Below are positions 27,423 through 36,617 of a stretch of 64,000 bases of DNA, piece by piece. This DNA is from Paracoccaceae bacterium (lineage in GTDB: Bacteria; Pseudomonadota; Alphaproteobacteria; Rhodobacterales; Rhodobacteraceae), in contig OZ244854.1 in NCBI GenBank assembly GCA_965220985.1, positions 3,823,115 to 3,887,114 on the forward strand, read 5' to 3'. The position numbers and the translations under genes were made by a program. Every line of letters begins with the position of its first letter. Position 1 is the first letter of the stretch. The notes below the pieces were generated by a model, which was not told the DNA's origin, made no database searches, and saw only the letters and a program-made list of their open reading frames with translations.

Positions 27423-29855
27423 ATGAGTCTCCCGTCTTCCGCCAAAATCATCGTCATCGGCGGCGGCATCGTCGGATGTTCGACCGCCTATCACCTGGCC
27501 AAGATGGGCAAGGAAGTTCTGCTGCTGGAGAAGGCCCAGCTCACCTCCGGGTCGACCTGGCACGCGGCCGGCCTGGTTGGTCAGCTGCGCTCCAATGCGA
27601 ACATCACCCAGCTTCTGGGCTATTCGATCGAACTTTACGATCGGCTGGAAGAAGAGACCGGCCTGGCAACGGGCTGGAAGATGAACGGCGGCTTGCGCCT
27701 CGCTTGCAACCAGGAACGCTGGACCGAAGTGAAGCGACAAGCGACGACGGCGCACTCCTTCGGCCTCGACATGCAGTTGCTGTCGCCCCGGGAGGCCCAG
27801 GACCTGTGGCCGCTCATGGACATTGGCGACGTGGTTGGCGCCGCGTTCTTGCCGACTGACGGCCAGGCGAGCCCTTCGGACATCGCGCAAGCTCTCGCGA
27901 AAGGCGCGCGAGCGAGCGGCGCTCAACTGGTGGAAAACTGTCCGGTCTCCAAAATCGTCACCGAAAAGGGCAAGTTGGTTGGGGTTCGCACCCCGCAGGC
28001 CGACATCACGTGCGAAAAACTGGTGCTCTGCTGCGGTCAGTGGACGCGCGAACTGGCCGCGACCATCGGCGTGACCGTTCCACTGGTCTCCGTTGAACAC
28101 CAGTACATGATCACGGAACCCTTCGGCGTGCCGTCCGACCTGCCGACTCTGCGCGACCCGGACCGCCTGACGTACTACAAGGAAGAAGTCGGTGGGCTGG
28201 TGATGGGTGGATACGAGCCCAATGGCATTCCGTGGGCGCAAAAGGGTATCCCGGATCCGTTCGACTTCCAACTCCTGGAATCCAACTTCGATCACTTCGA
28301 ACAGCTGGTCGAGCTGTCCCTGCCCCGCGTTCCGAAACTCGCGGAAGCCGGCATCAAGCAACTGCTGAACGGTCCCGAAAGCTTCACGCCGGACGGGAAT
28401 TTCATCATCGGCGAAGCCCCCGAGATGTCCAATGTCTTCGTTGGCGCGGGTTTCAACGCCTTTGGGATTGCCTCAGGTGGCGGTGCAGGCATGGCTCTGG
28501 CCGAGTGGGTCGCAAATGGCGCCCCGCCTTACGATCTGTGGTCTGCCGACATCCGCCGCTTTGGCCGTCCCCACACTGACACCGACTGGGTCCGCACGCG
28601 TACCCTTGAGGCCTATGGCAAGCACTACACGATGGCCTGGCCCTCCGAGGAACACGAAAGCGGCCGCCCTTGCCGTCGTTCGCCGCTCTATGACACGCTC
28701 AAGGCATCCGGCGCGGTCTTCGGCGAAAAGCTCGGCTGGGAACGGCCGAACTGGTTCGCCGCCAAGGGCGAAGAAGCACGGGACATCTACACGTTCGAGC
28801 GCCCGAACTGGCACACCGCCGTGGGCCGCGAGCACAAGGCAGCCCGCGAAACTGCGGCGCTGTTCGACCAGACGTCCTTTGCCAAGTACATCCTTGCCGG
28901 TCCCGACGCCGAGGATGCACTGCAATGGATCGCTTCCAACCGCGTCGACAAGCCGGTTGGGACGATCATCTATACCCAGATGCTGAACGATGATGCGGGC
29001 ATCGAGTGCGACCTGACCTGCGTGCGAACCAAGCAGGACGAATACTACATCGTCACCGGTACCGGTTTTGCGACCCACGATCTTGACTGGATCAAGCGCA
29101 ACATCCCCCGTGGCATGAACGCGCAAATTGTCGATGTGACCTCGTCCAACGCGGTTCTGTCCCTCTTCGGGCCGAAGTCTCGCGAAATCCTGCGAGCTTG
29201 CACCAACGATGACGTGTCGAACGAAGGGCATCCCTTCGGCTGCGCGTACAGAATCGGCATTGCCGGTTGTCCGGTTCTGGCCATGCGGATCACATATGTC
29301 GGCGAACTTGGCTGGGAACTGCACCTGCCGGCGGAATATGCGCAAACCGTCTATGACGCGCTGCATGATGCCGGCACCGAGCACGGGCTTGTCAATGCGG
29401 GTTATCGCACAATCGAGACCCTGCGTCTCGAGAAGGGTTTTCGCTCCTGGTCCTCGGACATTGGTCCTGACCACACCCCGGACGAGGCTGGCTTGGGTTG
29501 GGCCGTCAAGATGAATTCGAACATGTCGTTCAAGGGCCGCGAAGCTGTTGCGAAACAGCGGGCGGAGGGCGTCAAGAAGATCATGGCGACCTTTACCACT
29601 GATCCGGACATCATCCTGTCGGGCCGCGAAACCATCTATCGCAACGGCGAGCGGTGCGGCTGGCTCAGTTCTGCCGGCTTCGGTCACACGATCGGCAGGT
29701 CCATCGGCATGGGATACGTCCGCAGCGACAACCCGATCGACAAGGACGACGTGCTCTCTGGCACCTACGAGTTGGAAGTCGCCACCGTGCGCGTGCCTGC
29801 CGAGGTGACGCTGTCACCGCTGTTCGATCCCAAAATGGAAAAAGTGAAAGTCTGA
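27423..29855 (+). CDS. dimethylglycine/sarcosine dehydrogenase-like enzyme (FAD oxidoreductase fused to GcvT), copy 2
   Basis: Contains VIGGGIVGCSTAYHL and TYVGELGWELHLP. An AGGGAG RBS is present, and the gene starts 9 nt after kinase copy 2. Confidence 0.8.
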   Translation: MSLPSSAKIIVIGGGIVGCSTAYHLAKMGKEVLLLEKAQLTSGSTWHAAGLVGQLRSNANITQLLGYSIELYDRLEEETGLATGWKMNGGLRLACNQERWTEVKRQATTAHSFGLDMQLLSPREAQDLWPLMDIGDVVGAAFLPTDGQASPSDIAQALAKGARASGAQLVENCPVSKIVTEKGKLVGVRTPQADITCEKLVLCCGQWTRELAATIGVTVPLVSVEHQYMITEPFGVPSDLPTLRDPDRLTYYKEEVGGLVMGGYEPNGIPWAQKGIPDPFDFQLLESNFDHFEQLVELSLPRVPKLAEAGIKQLLNGPESFTPDGNFIIGEAPEMSNVFVGAGFNAFGIASGGGAGMALAEWVANGAPPYDLWSADIRRFGRPHTDTDWVRTRTLEAYGKHYTMAWPSEEHESGRPCRRSPLYDTLKASGAVFGEKLGWERPNWFAAKGEEARDIYTFERPNWHTAVGREHKAARETAALFDQTSFAKYILAGPDAEDALQWIASNRVDKPVGTIIYTQMLNDDAGIECDLTCVRTKQDEYYIVTGTGFATHDLDWIKRNIPRGMNAQIVDVTSSNAVLSLFGPKSREILRACTNDDVSNEGHPFGCAYRIGIAGCPVLAMRITYVGELGWELHLPAEYAQTVYDALHDAGTEHGLVNAGYRTIETLRLEKGFRSWSSDIGPDHTPDEAGLGWAVKMNSNMSFKGREAVAKQRAEGVKKIMATFTTDPDIILSGRETIYRNGERCGWLSSAGFGHTIGRSIGMGYVRSDNPIDKDDVLSGTYELEVATVRVPAEVTLSPLFDPKMEKVKV

Positions 29856-30177
29856 GCGTGGTGCCTTCCTCTCGATGTGCCGAAATCATTGAGGATGTCG
29901 ATGGCCAGCGCGAAGCGGATGATCTGTCTTTTCGAACAGGCGGCGTCGACGCTCTCTGAGAAGGAGGACCGAGACACGGAGGACTTCAGCGCATTCAATT
30001 TCGGGTCCCAACCTGGCAGTTAGGTCATACAGAACGCGTCACGGAGACCACCGGTGTTGTCGCCAGCGTCGGCTCTCATAAGTCATGCAAAAACAGAAGG
30101 TTGCGGCAGGTCCGCCGAACCGCAGCCGCGCTTCCCAGTCGACATCCGTCGCCGAACTCGGTAAACTCGCGCAAAAT

Positions 30178-30194
30178 TTGGAATTCAATTCCAA
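30178..30194. promoter_or_regulatory. candidate IclR operator TTGGAA-TTCAA-TTCCAA
   Basis: A perfect inverted repeat lies 29-45 nt upstream of the FG-GAP gene ATG. The same half-sites and spacing recur at 38251-38273, upstream of iclR. Confidence 0.45.
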
Positions 30195-30222
30195 GAGCGG
30201 ATTTGACCACGAAGGAACCGGC

Positions 30223-32187
30223 ATGGCGGTCACAAGATGGGAAGATGACGCAACCGTCTGGGCCGGGCCGTTCTACGGGGCCGAAGCGTTGCAGTACCGG
30301 CCTGGCGTCGCCTCAGCGCCCGTTGGCGGGCGGATCATCACCTGCGTCGATGTGGTCGACTGGTCGGGAACCGGAACGCGAGACTTGATGCTGTCGGCCT
30401 GGGACGCCTGCTACGACGGACGGGTAATGCTCTTTCGGCAAGTTGGCGCGCAGGAAGATGGCACGCCGGTCCTCGGCAAGCAGGAATATGTCGAGGGTGT
30501 CCGGGGCTTTGTCACTGCCGTGCCGGACGGCGATATCTTCCACCTCGTCTCGACCTCGCGGCTGCGATCAGAGGTCTACCTCTTCCCCAATGTCGGCAAG
30601 AAAGGCGCGCCGGAATTCGTCGACCCGGTCGTGCTGGAACTGGACGTGGATTGGGTGAAGGGCAACGAATACCTGCATGTGGCGCGCTTTGCCGATCTTG
30701 ACGATGACGGCGTGCCCGAGTTGATCGTCGGGACCGATTACTGGGACGATTATTGGCCCAACGGACTCGAATGGAACGACGTCGGCTACCGCGCATACGA
30801 CGCAGCTGGCCGGTGGCTGGGCGGTCCGCTTCGAGGCTACGCCTATTCGTTTCGAAACGTCGGGACAGCAGCGGCGCCTGTGCTGGAACGTGGCAAGCCA
30901 TTGCTGACTGAAGACGGCCCGCTCGAGGTATATGGTCAGCTTTCCCCCGCCTTCGGCACCTTCGCACCGGGCACCTTGTCAATGGTGGCAGGCGAGTTTT
31001 GGAACATTCTCCACTTGGCGGAACAGACCGGGCCACGCCAGTTTCAGCAAACGCAACTGGTGACTGACTCGGACGGCACCGACCTCGCATTGGACCATTG
31101 CATCAACATTCCCTGCGTCACCGACTGGGACGGCGACGGGCGGTTGGACATCCTGGTCGGGGCCGAGGACGGCTACGTGAGTTTTCTGCGGAATGTCTCT
31201 GACGGCCCCCCGAGGTTTCGGCATCAAGGGCGGGTCGAGACCGCTTCCCCACTCATCCATTCGGGCGTGCTTCCAAGCCCGGCGGCGTTCGACTTCACCG
31301 GAAACGGGCAGCCTGACCTCGTGGTGGGGAACTCGGCCGGAGAGTTGATGTTCTTTGAGCATGACGGCGCGAACCATGCAGCTGCACTGGCGCGCGAACA
31401 CCTCCTGAGTGCGAATGGCGAGCGGATCCGAATCGCCGCAGGGCTGACCGGATCCATCCAAGGCCCGTCCGAAAAGATGTTCGGCTATACCTGCCCGACG
31501 GTTGCCGACTGGACCGGCAGCGGGTTGGGCGACCTGCTGGTCAGCGATGTGACAGGTTATCATCGCCTCTTCCGCAATCTCGGCGGGGGGCAGACGCCGC
31601 CACAATTCGCGGCCGAGGAACTACTGCATTGCGACGGCGCGCCGTTGAAAACGGTCTGGCGTGTGCGACCAGCGGTGACGGGTTGGGGGATAGATCAACT
31701 CCATTACATCGCGCTGGACGAAGACGGGGTGCTGTCCGACTGGACGCGCCTGTCCGATACCGAGCTTTGCGACAAACGGCATCTGCACTGGGAGGACGGG
31801 CGACCGATCCGGTTCACGGTTGATGTGGGTGGCGGGCGTGGTCGCGTCAAGCTCTGCCTCTGCGCATGGGAAGAACCCGGGCGCATCGATTTGATATTCG
31901 GGACCCATGCGCGGGCCTGCGTGCCCGATGACCCAGAAACAGGCGCGCCGCGGAACACCACCGGGCAGGCGGGGGTCTTTTTCGCCAGGAACGTTGGAAC
32001 ACCGAACGCCCCATGTTTCGCGCCACCTGTCGCCATGCGCCACAAGGGCGAAGTCATCGCCATGGCCATGCACGTGGCCTCGCCCGAGGCTGTCGATTGG
32101 GCCGGGCGTGGCGCGCTCGATCTGATCGTCGGGGTCGAGGACGGCAGCCTCGTCTGGCTCAAGCGGGAGGATCTGGAATGGGCGTGA
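30223..32187 (+). CDS. FG-GAP/VCBS-repeat beta-propeller protein with no recognisable signal peptide
   Basis: Repeated loops are DWSGTGTRDLML, DLDDDGVPELIVGTD, DWDGDGRLDILVGAEDG, DFTGNGQPDLVVGNSAGE, DWTGSGLGDLLVSD and DWAGRGALDLIVGVEDG. The ATG at 30223 follows GAAGGAA. The N-terminus MAVTRWEDDATVWAGPFYG is not hydrophobic. Confidence 0.65.
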   Translation: MAVTRWEDDATVWAGPFYGAEALQYRPGVASAPVGGRIITCVDVVDWSGTGTRDLMLSAWDACYDGRVMLFRQVGAQEDGTPVLGKQEYVEGVRGFVTAVPDGDIFHLVSTSRLRSEVYLFPNVGKKGAPEFVDPVVLELDVDWVKGNEYLHVARFADLDDDGVPELIVGTDYWDDYWPNGLEWNDVGYRAYDAAGRWLGGPLRGYAYSFRNVGTAAAPVLERGKPLLTEDGPLEVYGQLSPAFGTFAPGTLSMVAGEFWNILHLAEQTGPRQFQQTQLVTDSDGTDLALDHCINIPCVTDWDGDGRLDILVGAEDGYVSFLRNVSDGPPRFRHQGRVETASPLIHSGVLPSPAAFDFTGNGQPDLVVGNSAGELMFFEHDGANHAAALAREHLLSANGERIRIAAGLTGSIQGPSEKMFGYTCPTVADWTGSGLGDLLVSDVTGYHRLFRNLGGGQTPPQFAAEELLHCDGAPLKTVWRVRPAVTGWGIDQLHYIALDEDGVLSDWTRLSDTELCDKRHLHWEDGRPIRFTVDVGGGRGRVKLCLCAWEEPGRIDLIFGTHARACVPDDPETGAPRNTTGQAGVFFARNVGTPNAPCFAPPVAMRHKGEVIAMAMHVASPEAVDWAGRGALDLIVGVEDGSLVWLKREDLEWA

Positions 32188-32987
32188 CGGTCACGGGCGC
32201 AACGCGGTTGATGGTGGTCATCGGCGATCCGATCGTCCAGATCCGCACGCCCGCCGTGATCAACCCGATTTTTGCCGCCCGTGCAGCCAATATCGCCTGC
32301 GTTCCGCTCCATGTCCGTGCCGACGAACTCGCCGATGCATGGACCGGCTTGAAGGCGATGCAGAACGTCGTGGGGATTGGCGTCACCCTGCCCCACAAGG
32401 CCGCAGTGCTGGATCTCTGTGACAGCCTCGACCCGCTCGCCGAGACCCTGGGTGCCGCCAACGTCGTGCGACGTGAAGCGGATGGCATGTTTCGCGGGTA
32501 CCAGTTCGACGGTGCCGGGTTCGTGACCGGCTTGATCAGCAAGGGCGTGGAACTGAACGGCATGGAATGTCTCCTGCTTGGCGCGGGCGGTGCCGCCACG
32601 GGGATCGCACATGCGCTTTTGCAGGCGGGAGTGTCCCGTCTGACAATTGCCAACCGGACCGCAGCGAAGGCGCATGCCTTGGCCGAGAAGATGAACGGCA
32701 TCGTTGGCGGCAAGCGTGCCACGGCTGGTGCGCCGGTCCCGCGCGCAGGTCAGCTGATCGTCAACGCCACGTCGCTGGGGCTGAATGCCTCGGACCCTCT
32801 GCCCCTGCCGTCCGACGGGCTCGTCCCCGGAACGATCGTCGCCGACGTCATCGCGGAGCCCGAATTCACGCCGCTGCTCGAGGCGGCACGAGCACGCGGG
32901 CTCGAAGTCTGTTCGGGTATCGAGATGATCCGGGGGCAGGCAACCGCCATTGCGGACCACTTTTGCGAAGTTTGGCACCGGCAATAG
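32178..32987 (+). CDS. shikimate/quinate 5-dehydrogenase-like (AroE-family) oxidoreductase
   Basis: Contains VTLPHK, FDGAGF and LLLGAGGAATGIAHAL. There is a 10-nt overlap with the FG-GAP stop and a GGGAGGA RBS. Confidence 0.75.
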   Translation: MGVTVTGATRLMVVIGDPIVQIRTPAVINPIFAARAANIACVPLHVRADELADAWTGLKAMQNVVGIGVTLPHKAAVLDLCDSLDPLAETLGAANVVRREADGMFRGYQFDGAGFVTGLISKGVELNGMECLLLGAGGAATGIAHALLQAGVSRLTIANRTAAKAHALAEKMNGIVGGKRATAGAPVPRAGQLIVNATSLGLNASDPLPLPSDGLVPGTIVADVIAEPEFTPLLEAARARGLEVCSGIEMIRGQATAIADHFCEVWHRQ

Positions 32988-32991
32988 GCGA

Positions 32992-33792
32992 TCAGGGCTG
33001 CCCGAACAGCGCCTGACAGCGCGCTATCGCGATGTCGAGAACCTCGCCCGGCTCGCGCTTCCACCAATCGTCCGAGAATATCTCGACCTCCACCGGCCCC
33101 GCATAGCCTGCGCGACGCACCTGATCGGCCATGCCCGCCAGGTCAATCACGCCATCGCCCATCATGCCGCGGTCTCGGACCAGGTCGCGCGTGGGGATCA
33201 ACCAGTCATTGACATGAAACCCCAGGATGCGCCCGTTTTCCCCCGCCCGTGCGACCTCTTGCGGCAAGGCGGGATCCCACCAGACATGGTGAGCATCGAT
33301 CACGACCCCAGTGCCTGCGCCCAGCCGTTTGCAAAGGTCATTGGCCTGCGCGAGGGTCGAAAAGACGGATCGATCACCCGTGAGCATGGGGTGCAAAGGC
33401 TCGATCGCCAGTTTCAATCCAAGCGCGCGGGCTGGTCCCAGAAGCTCAGCGAGCGCCTGTTCCACCCGGTCTCTCTCCGCTGCAAGACTTCGCTCCCCCA
33501 AACCGCCGCCAGTAAAGAGAAAAACGTGATCTGCACCGAACCGTGCCGCGCGCTCCAATTCTGCCTGCGCCGATGACAACCCGTCCTCGGTGAACGGGCC
33601 AATGCGGTGATACCCCAAGGCTTGCAGGCCGAAGCGCCGCATCCGCGCAAGCGCCTTTTCTTCCCCGACCTTGTCGATTTCCTGTCCCCAGATCGAGACG
33701 TGGCGGATGCTGCGCTCCGCGCAAAGTTCGAGGAACTCGAGCATGTCGGCACGCTCGCGCACCGTGGCGTGGTTGATGGCGATCTCGACCAC
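32992..33792 (-). CDS. xylose-isomerase-like TIM-barrel enzyme (sugar-phosphate isomerase/epimerase or dehydratase family)
   Basis: Contains LAIEPLHP, GFHVNDW, GDGVIDL and VEVEIFS. A GTG at 33792 lies just downstream of the ATPase stop. Confidence 0.65.
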   Translation of the reverse strand: MVEIAINHATVRERADMLEFLELCAERSIRHVSIWGQEIDKVGEEKALARMRRFGLQALGYHRIGPFTEDGLSSAQAELERAARFGADHVFLFTGGGLGERSLAAERDRVEQALAELLGPARALGLKLAIEPLHPMLTGDRSVFSTLAQANDLCKRLGAGTGVVIDAHHVWWDPALPQEVARAGENGRILGFHVNDWLIPTRDLVRDRGMMGDGVIDLAGMADQVRRAGYAGPVEVEIFSDDWWKREPGEVLDIAIARCQALFGQP

Positions 33793-33796
33793 TGCG

Positions 33797-34648
33797 TCAG
33801 AACTTGTAGACGCCGAGCTTGGCAAAGATCTTGTAGATCCTCTCGGCATACTCGGCGAATTCCGGGTATTCCCCCAGATGCGCCGGGCGGGGTCGCGGCA
33901 GGTTGATCTCGATCGCGTCGACGATCACGCCGGGGCTCTTGGACATGACGAGGACCCGGTCCGACAGCCCCACCGCCTCTTCGATGGAGTGCGTGATGAA
34001 GAGCACGGTTTTCTGCGTTTCGAGCCACAGCATCTCGAGATCATGGCGGATCTGCGTGCGGGTGATGGCGTCGAGCGCGCCAAAAGGCTCGTCCATCAAG
34101 AGCATCGAGGGATCATGCACGAGGGCCCGCGCAAGAGAAACGCGCTGTCGCATTCCGCCGGACAGTTGCCTCGGGTAGCGGTCTTCGGACCCCGCGATGC
34201 CGAGGCGCTCGAACAGCGACTCCGCACGCGCCCGCAGCGTGCCATGATCGATCCGGCGGATTTCCTGCTGCAGCATCACGTTCTTGATCGCGGTCCGGAA
34301 ATCAAGCAGCAGGTGGTCCTGAAAGACGATCCCCACGTCAGAGATCGGCTTGCTCAACCGGGTACCGTCGATCTCGATCGTTCCCTCGGTCGCAGGCTCG
34401 AGGCCCGAAACCAGCAGCAATGTCGTGGACTTGCCGCAGCCCGACGGGCCGATGAGGCTCACGAACTCCCCCGGCTTCACGTTCAAATCCATGGGGCCGA
34501 GCGCGTGGACCGCCTTCTCCGTGCCCTCGTCGTAGACCTTGGTGATGCCGCTTGCGACAATCGATGCACCGATTTTGGCGTCGACCGCGCCGGCAGAGGC
34601 CAGCGCTGAAGGTCCTGAGCCTTTCATGTCGCCTTTGTCCTTTGTCAT
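33797..34648 (-). CDS. NitT/TauT-family ABC transporter ATP-binding protein
   Basis: Contains GPSGCGKSTTL, LSGGMRQRVSLARAL and LLMDEPFGALD. The ATG at 34648 (MTKDKGDMKGSG) is the real start. The rest of the 489-aa track ORF overlaps the permease gene. Confidence 0.85.
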   Translation of the reverse strand: MTKDKGDMKGSGPSALASAGAVDAKIGASIVASGITKVYDEGTEKAVHALGPMDLNVKPGEFVSLIGPSGCGKSTTLLLVSGLEPATEGTIEIDGTRLSKPISDVGIVFQDHLLLDFRTAIKNVMLQQEIRRIDHGTLRARAESLFERLGIAGSEDRYPRQLSGGMRQRVSLARALVHDPSMLLMDEPFGALDAITRTQIRHDLEMLWLETQKTVLFITHSIEEAVGLSDRVLVMSKSPGVIVDAIEINLPRPRPAHLGEYPEFAEYAERIYKIFAKLGVYKF

Positions 34649-34653
34649 GCGAA

Positions 34654-35502
34654 TCAGTGGCCTCGTCCCGCCCAGGGCATCAAGACGCGTTCGAAGATGG
34701 TCATCCCCGAGTTGAACACCAGGGCCACGAGGGCAGCGGCGATCAATCCGGCAAACATGAGCGACACGTCCATGAAGGCCGAAGCCTGCATGATCATGAA
34801 GCCAAGCCCTGCGTCCGAGGCGATGAACTCCGCGATGATGACCCCCTCCACCGCTTTCACGATCCCTATTTTCATGCCCGAGAAGATCGCGGGCATGGCC
34901 GCAGGCAGTCGGAATTTCCAGAAGCTCTGCCAGTCGCTCGCCCCCATGGAGCGCGAAATGTAGTACAGCCGTTGATCCACGTGCTTGAACCCGTGCATGG
35001 CGTCCACGAGAATCGGGAAGAAGCACATCAGAAAGACGATCAGGGCCGAGATCAACGGGCCGATTCCGAACCAGATGATCAGGATCGGGCCGATGACCGT
35101 CTTGGGCATGATGTTCAGGAATATGATCACCGGGTACAGCCCGCGCTCCAGCGCAGGGACTGACACGATGGCATAGGCGAGCGGGACGGAGACCAGGACA
35201 CCGATGGCAAAGCCCTGAACGATGGTCACCGAGGTGGCCCCCGCATGGCCCGCGATCATCAGCCATTCCGAGAGCAGGCGTCCCAGAAAGTCACTTGGCT
35301 TTGGGAAAAGCCAGGTGGGCACATCGAACCAGACGGCCAGCGCCTCCCAAATGATCAGCAACGCTGCAACCGCAGCGAGACCGATCAGGGCGGACAAGCC
35401 ATAGGCAACGACAATCCGACGCAATGCGCCGAGCGCCCCATTGGGCCCGGTCCGCCATTCCATCACTTGAGCTGAGAAGAGCGAGAGAAACCTGCCTGAC
35501 AT
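34654..35502 (-). CDS. NitT/TauT-family ABC transporter permease
   Basis: A multi-pass membrane protein with the EAA-like loop SRSMGASDWQSFWKFRLPAAMP. Confidence 0.8.
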   Translation of the reverse strand: MSGRFLSLFSAQVMEWRTGPNGALGALRRIVVAYGLSALIGLAAVAALLIIWEALAVWFDVPTWLFPKPSDFLGRLLSEWLMIAGHAGATSVTIVQGFAIGVLVSVPLAYAIVSVPALERGLYPVIIFLNIMPKTVIGPILIIWFGIGPLISALIVFLMCFFPILVDAMHGFKHVDQRLYYISRSMGASDWQSFWKFRLPAAMPAIFSGMKIGIVKAVEGVIIAEFIASDAGLGFMIMQASAFMDVSLMFAGLIAAALVALVFNSGMTIFERVLMPWAGRGH

Positions 35503-35517
35503 GTGCTGGGTCGCGTA

Positions 35518-35544
35518 GGGCGGAGGCGAATCCCGCCTCCGCCC
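35518..35544 (-). other. GC-rich intercistronic stem-loop between the binding-protein and permease genes
   Basis: GGGCGGAGGCG-AATCC-CGCCTCCGCCC, an 11-bp perfect stem with no T-run. Confidence 0.3.
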
Positions 35545-35561
35545 GTTGCTTCACCGCCGCA

Positions 35562-36566
35562 TTACGGGCAAAGCACCGGCTCTGCCGGAACGTAATCGTT
35601 GGTGTAGTAGGTCGTCACCGGCTTGTCGGACGGCAAGTCCATGGCCGTGGTCATGACCGCGTACATCTCGTCCCATGTCTCTGCCGATGTCGCGCCGATC
35701 GTGTCGCCGGTCCCGCCCGGGCAGGCAGACGCGAAACTGAACACGGCTGACTGAAGCAAGGCGTCCTTTGTGTTCTCCGTATCCGGGAACAGCGCCAGCA
35801 AATGGTCCACGGCGGCTTCCGGGTTTTCCATCGCCATCTTCCAGCCTTCGGCCGTGGCGGCAACGAAACGGCGATAGACCTCGGGATTGTCAGCAAGCAT
35901 GTCGTCGCGCGCGACAAGGCTCAGGCTCGCGATCGGCACGCCGTTGTCGTAGAAATACATGTTGCTGGCATCGATCCCCTGCGCGGCCAAGGGCACGACC
36001 ACGTTCTCGGGCGTCTGCACCACGGCGTCGACCTGCCCGGACGTCAGAAGGCCCAGGAAGGCCTCCGCTGCCGCGTTGACGATTTCCACGTCGCTGTCCG
36101 AGAGATTGTTGGCCTTCAGAAAGACCGGCATGAGAGCCATCATGGCCGAGCCGGGCGAGACGGCCAGTTTCTTGCCGACCAGGTCCTGTGGCCCGGAAAT
36201 GCCGCTTTCAGTCAGGAACTGAATGCCGAACTGGCCGGATTTCCAGACCGTCGAGATGATCTTGATCGGTGCGCCCTTGGACGCGACGCCCAGGATCGCG
36301 CCCGTGTCGGCATAGCCGATGTCCACGTTCCCTGCGGCGACAAGCTGCGCGGCCACTGCCGAGCCACGCCCTTCGACCATGGTCACGTCGAGATCATGCG
36401 CGGCATAGATTCCCTCGTTCTGGGCCATGGCAAAGCCCAGGTGCGCGGTATCGGCCGTCCAGTTCATCTGCATGGTGATGGCGTCTGCCGCAAGACTTGC
36501 GCTCGCCTGCATTGCCATTGCGGCTGCGACAAGCGTCGGTGCGAAAATGTTTCTGACTGTGAACAT
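35562..36566 (-). CDS. NMT1/SsuA/TauA-like ABC transporter substrate-binding protein
   Basis: Signal peptide MFTVRNIFAPTLVAAAMAMQASASLAADA after a GGGGAGGAAA RBS. Confidence 0.75.
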   Translation of the reverse strand: MFTVRNIFAPTLVAAAMAMQASASLAADAITMQMNWTADTAHLGFAMAQNEGIYAAHDLDVTMVEGRGSAVAAQLVAAGNVDIGYADTGAILGVASKGAPIKIISTVWKSGQFGIQFLTESGISGPQDLVGKKLAVSPGSAMMALMPVFLKANNLSDSDVEIVNAAAEAFLGLLTSGQVDAVVQTPENVVVPLAAQGIDASNMYFYDNGVPIASLSLVARDDMLADNPEVYRRFVAATAEGWKMAMENPEAAVDHLLALFPDTENTKDALLQSAVFSFASACPGGTGDTIGATSAETWDEMYAVMTTAMDLPSDKPVTTYYTNDYVPAEPVLCP

Positions 36567-36617
36567 CGGTTTCCTCCCCAGATCTTGGTGTTTCAGTTCA
36601 GTGAAAGGCGGTGGCAT

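Noticed and set aside
34649-35266. The N-terminal 200 aa of the 489-aa ORF 33797..35266.
   Set aside because: This stretch overlaps the permease gene in another frame and is Arg/Gly-rich. The ATPase motifs start right after the ATG at 34648.
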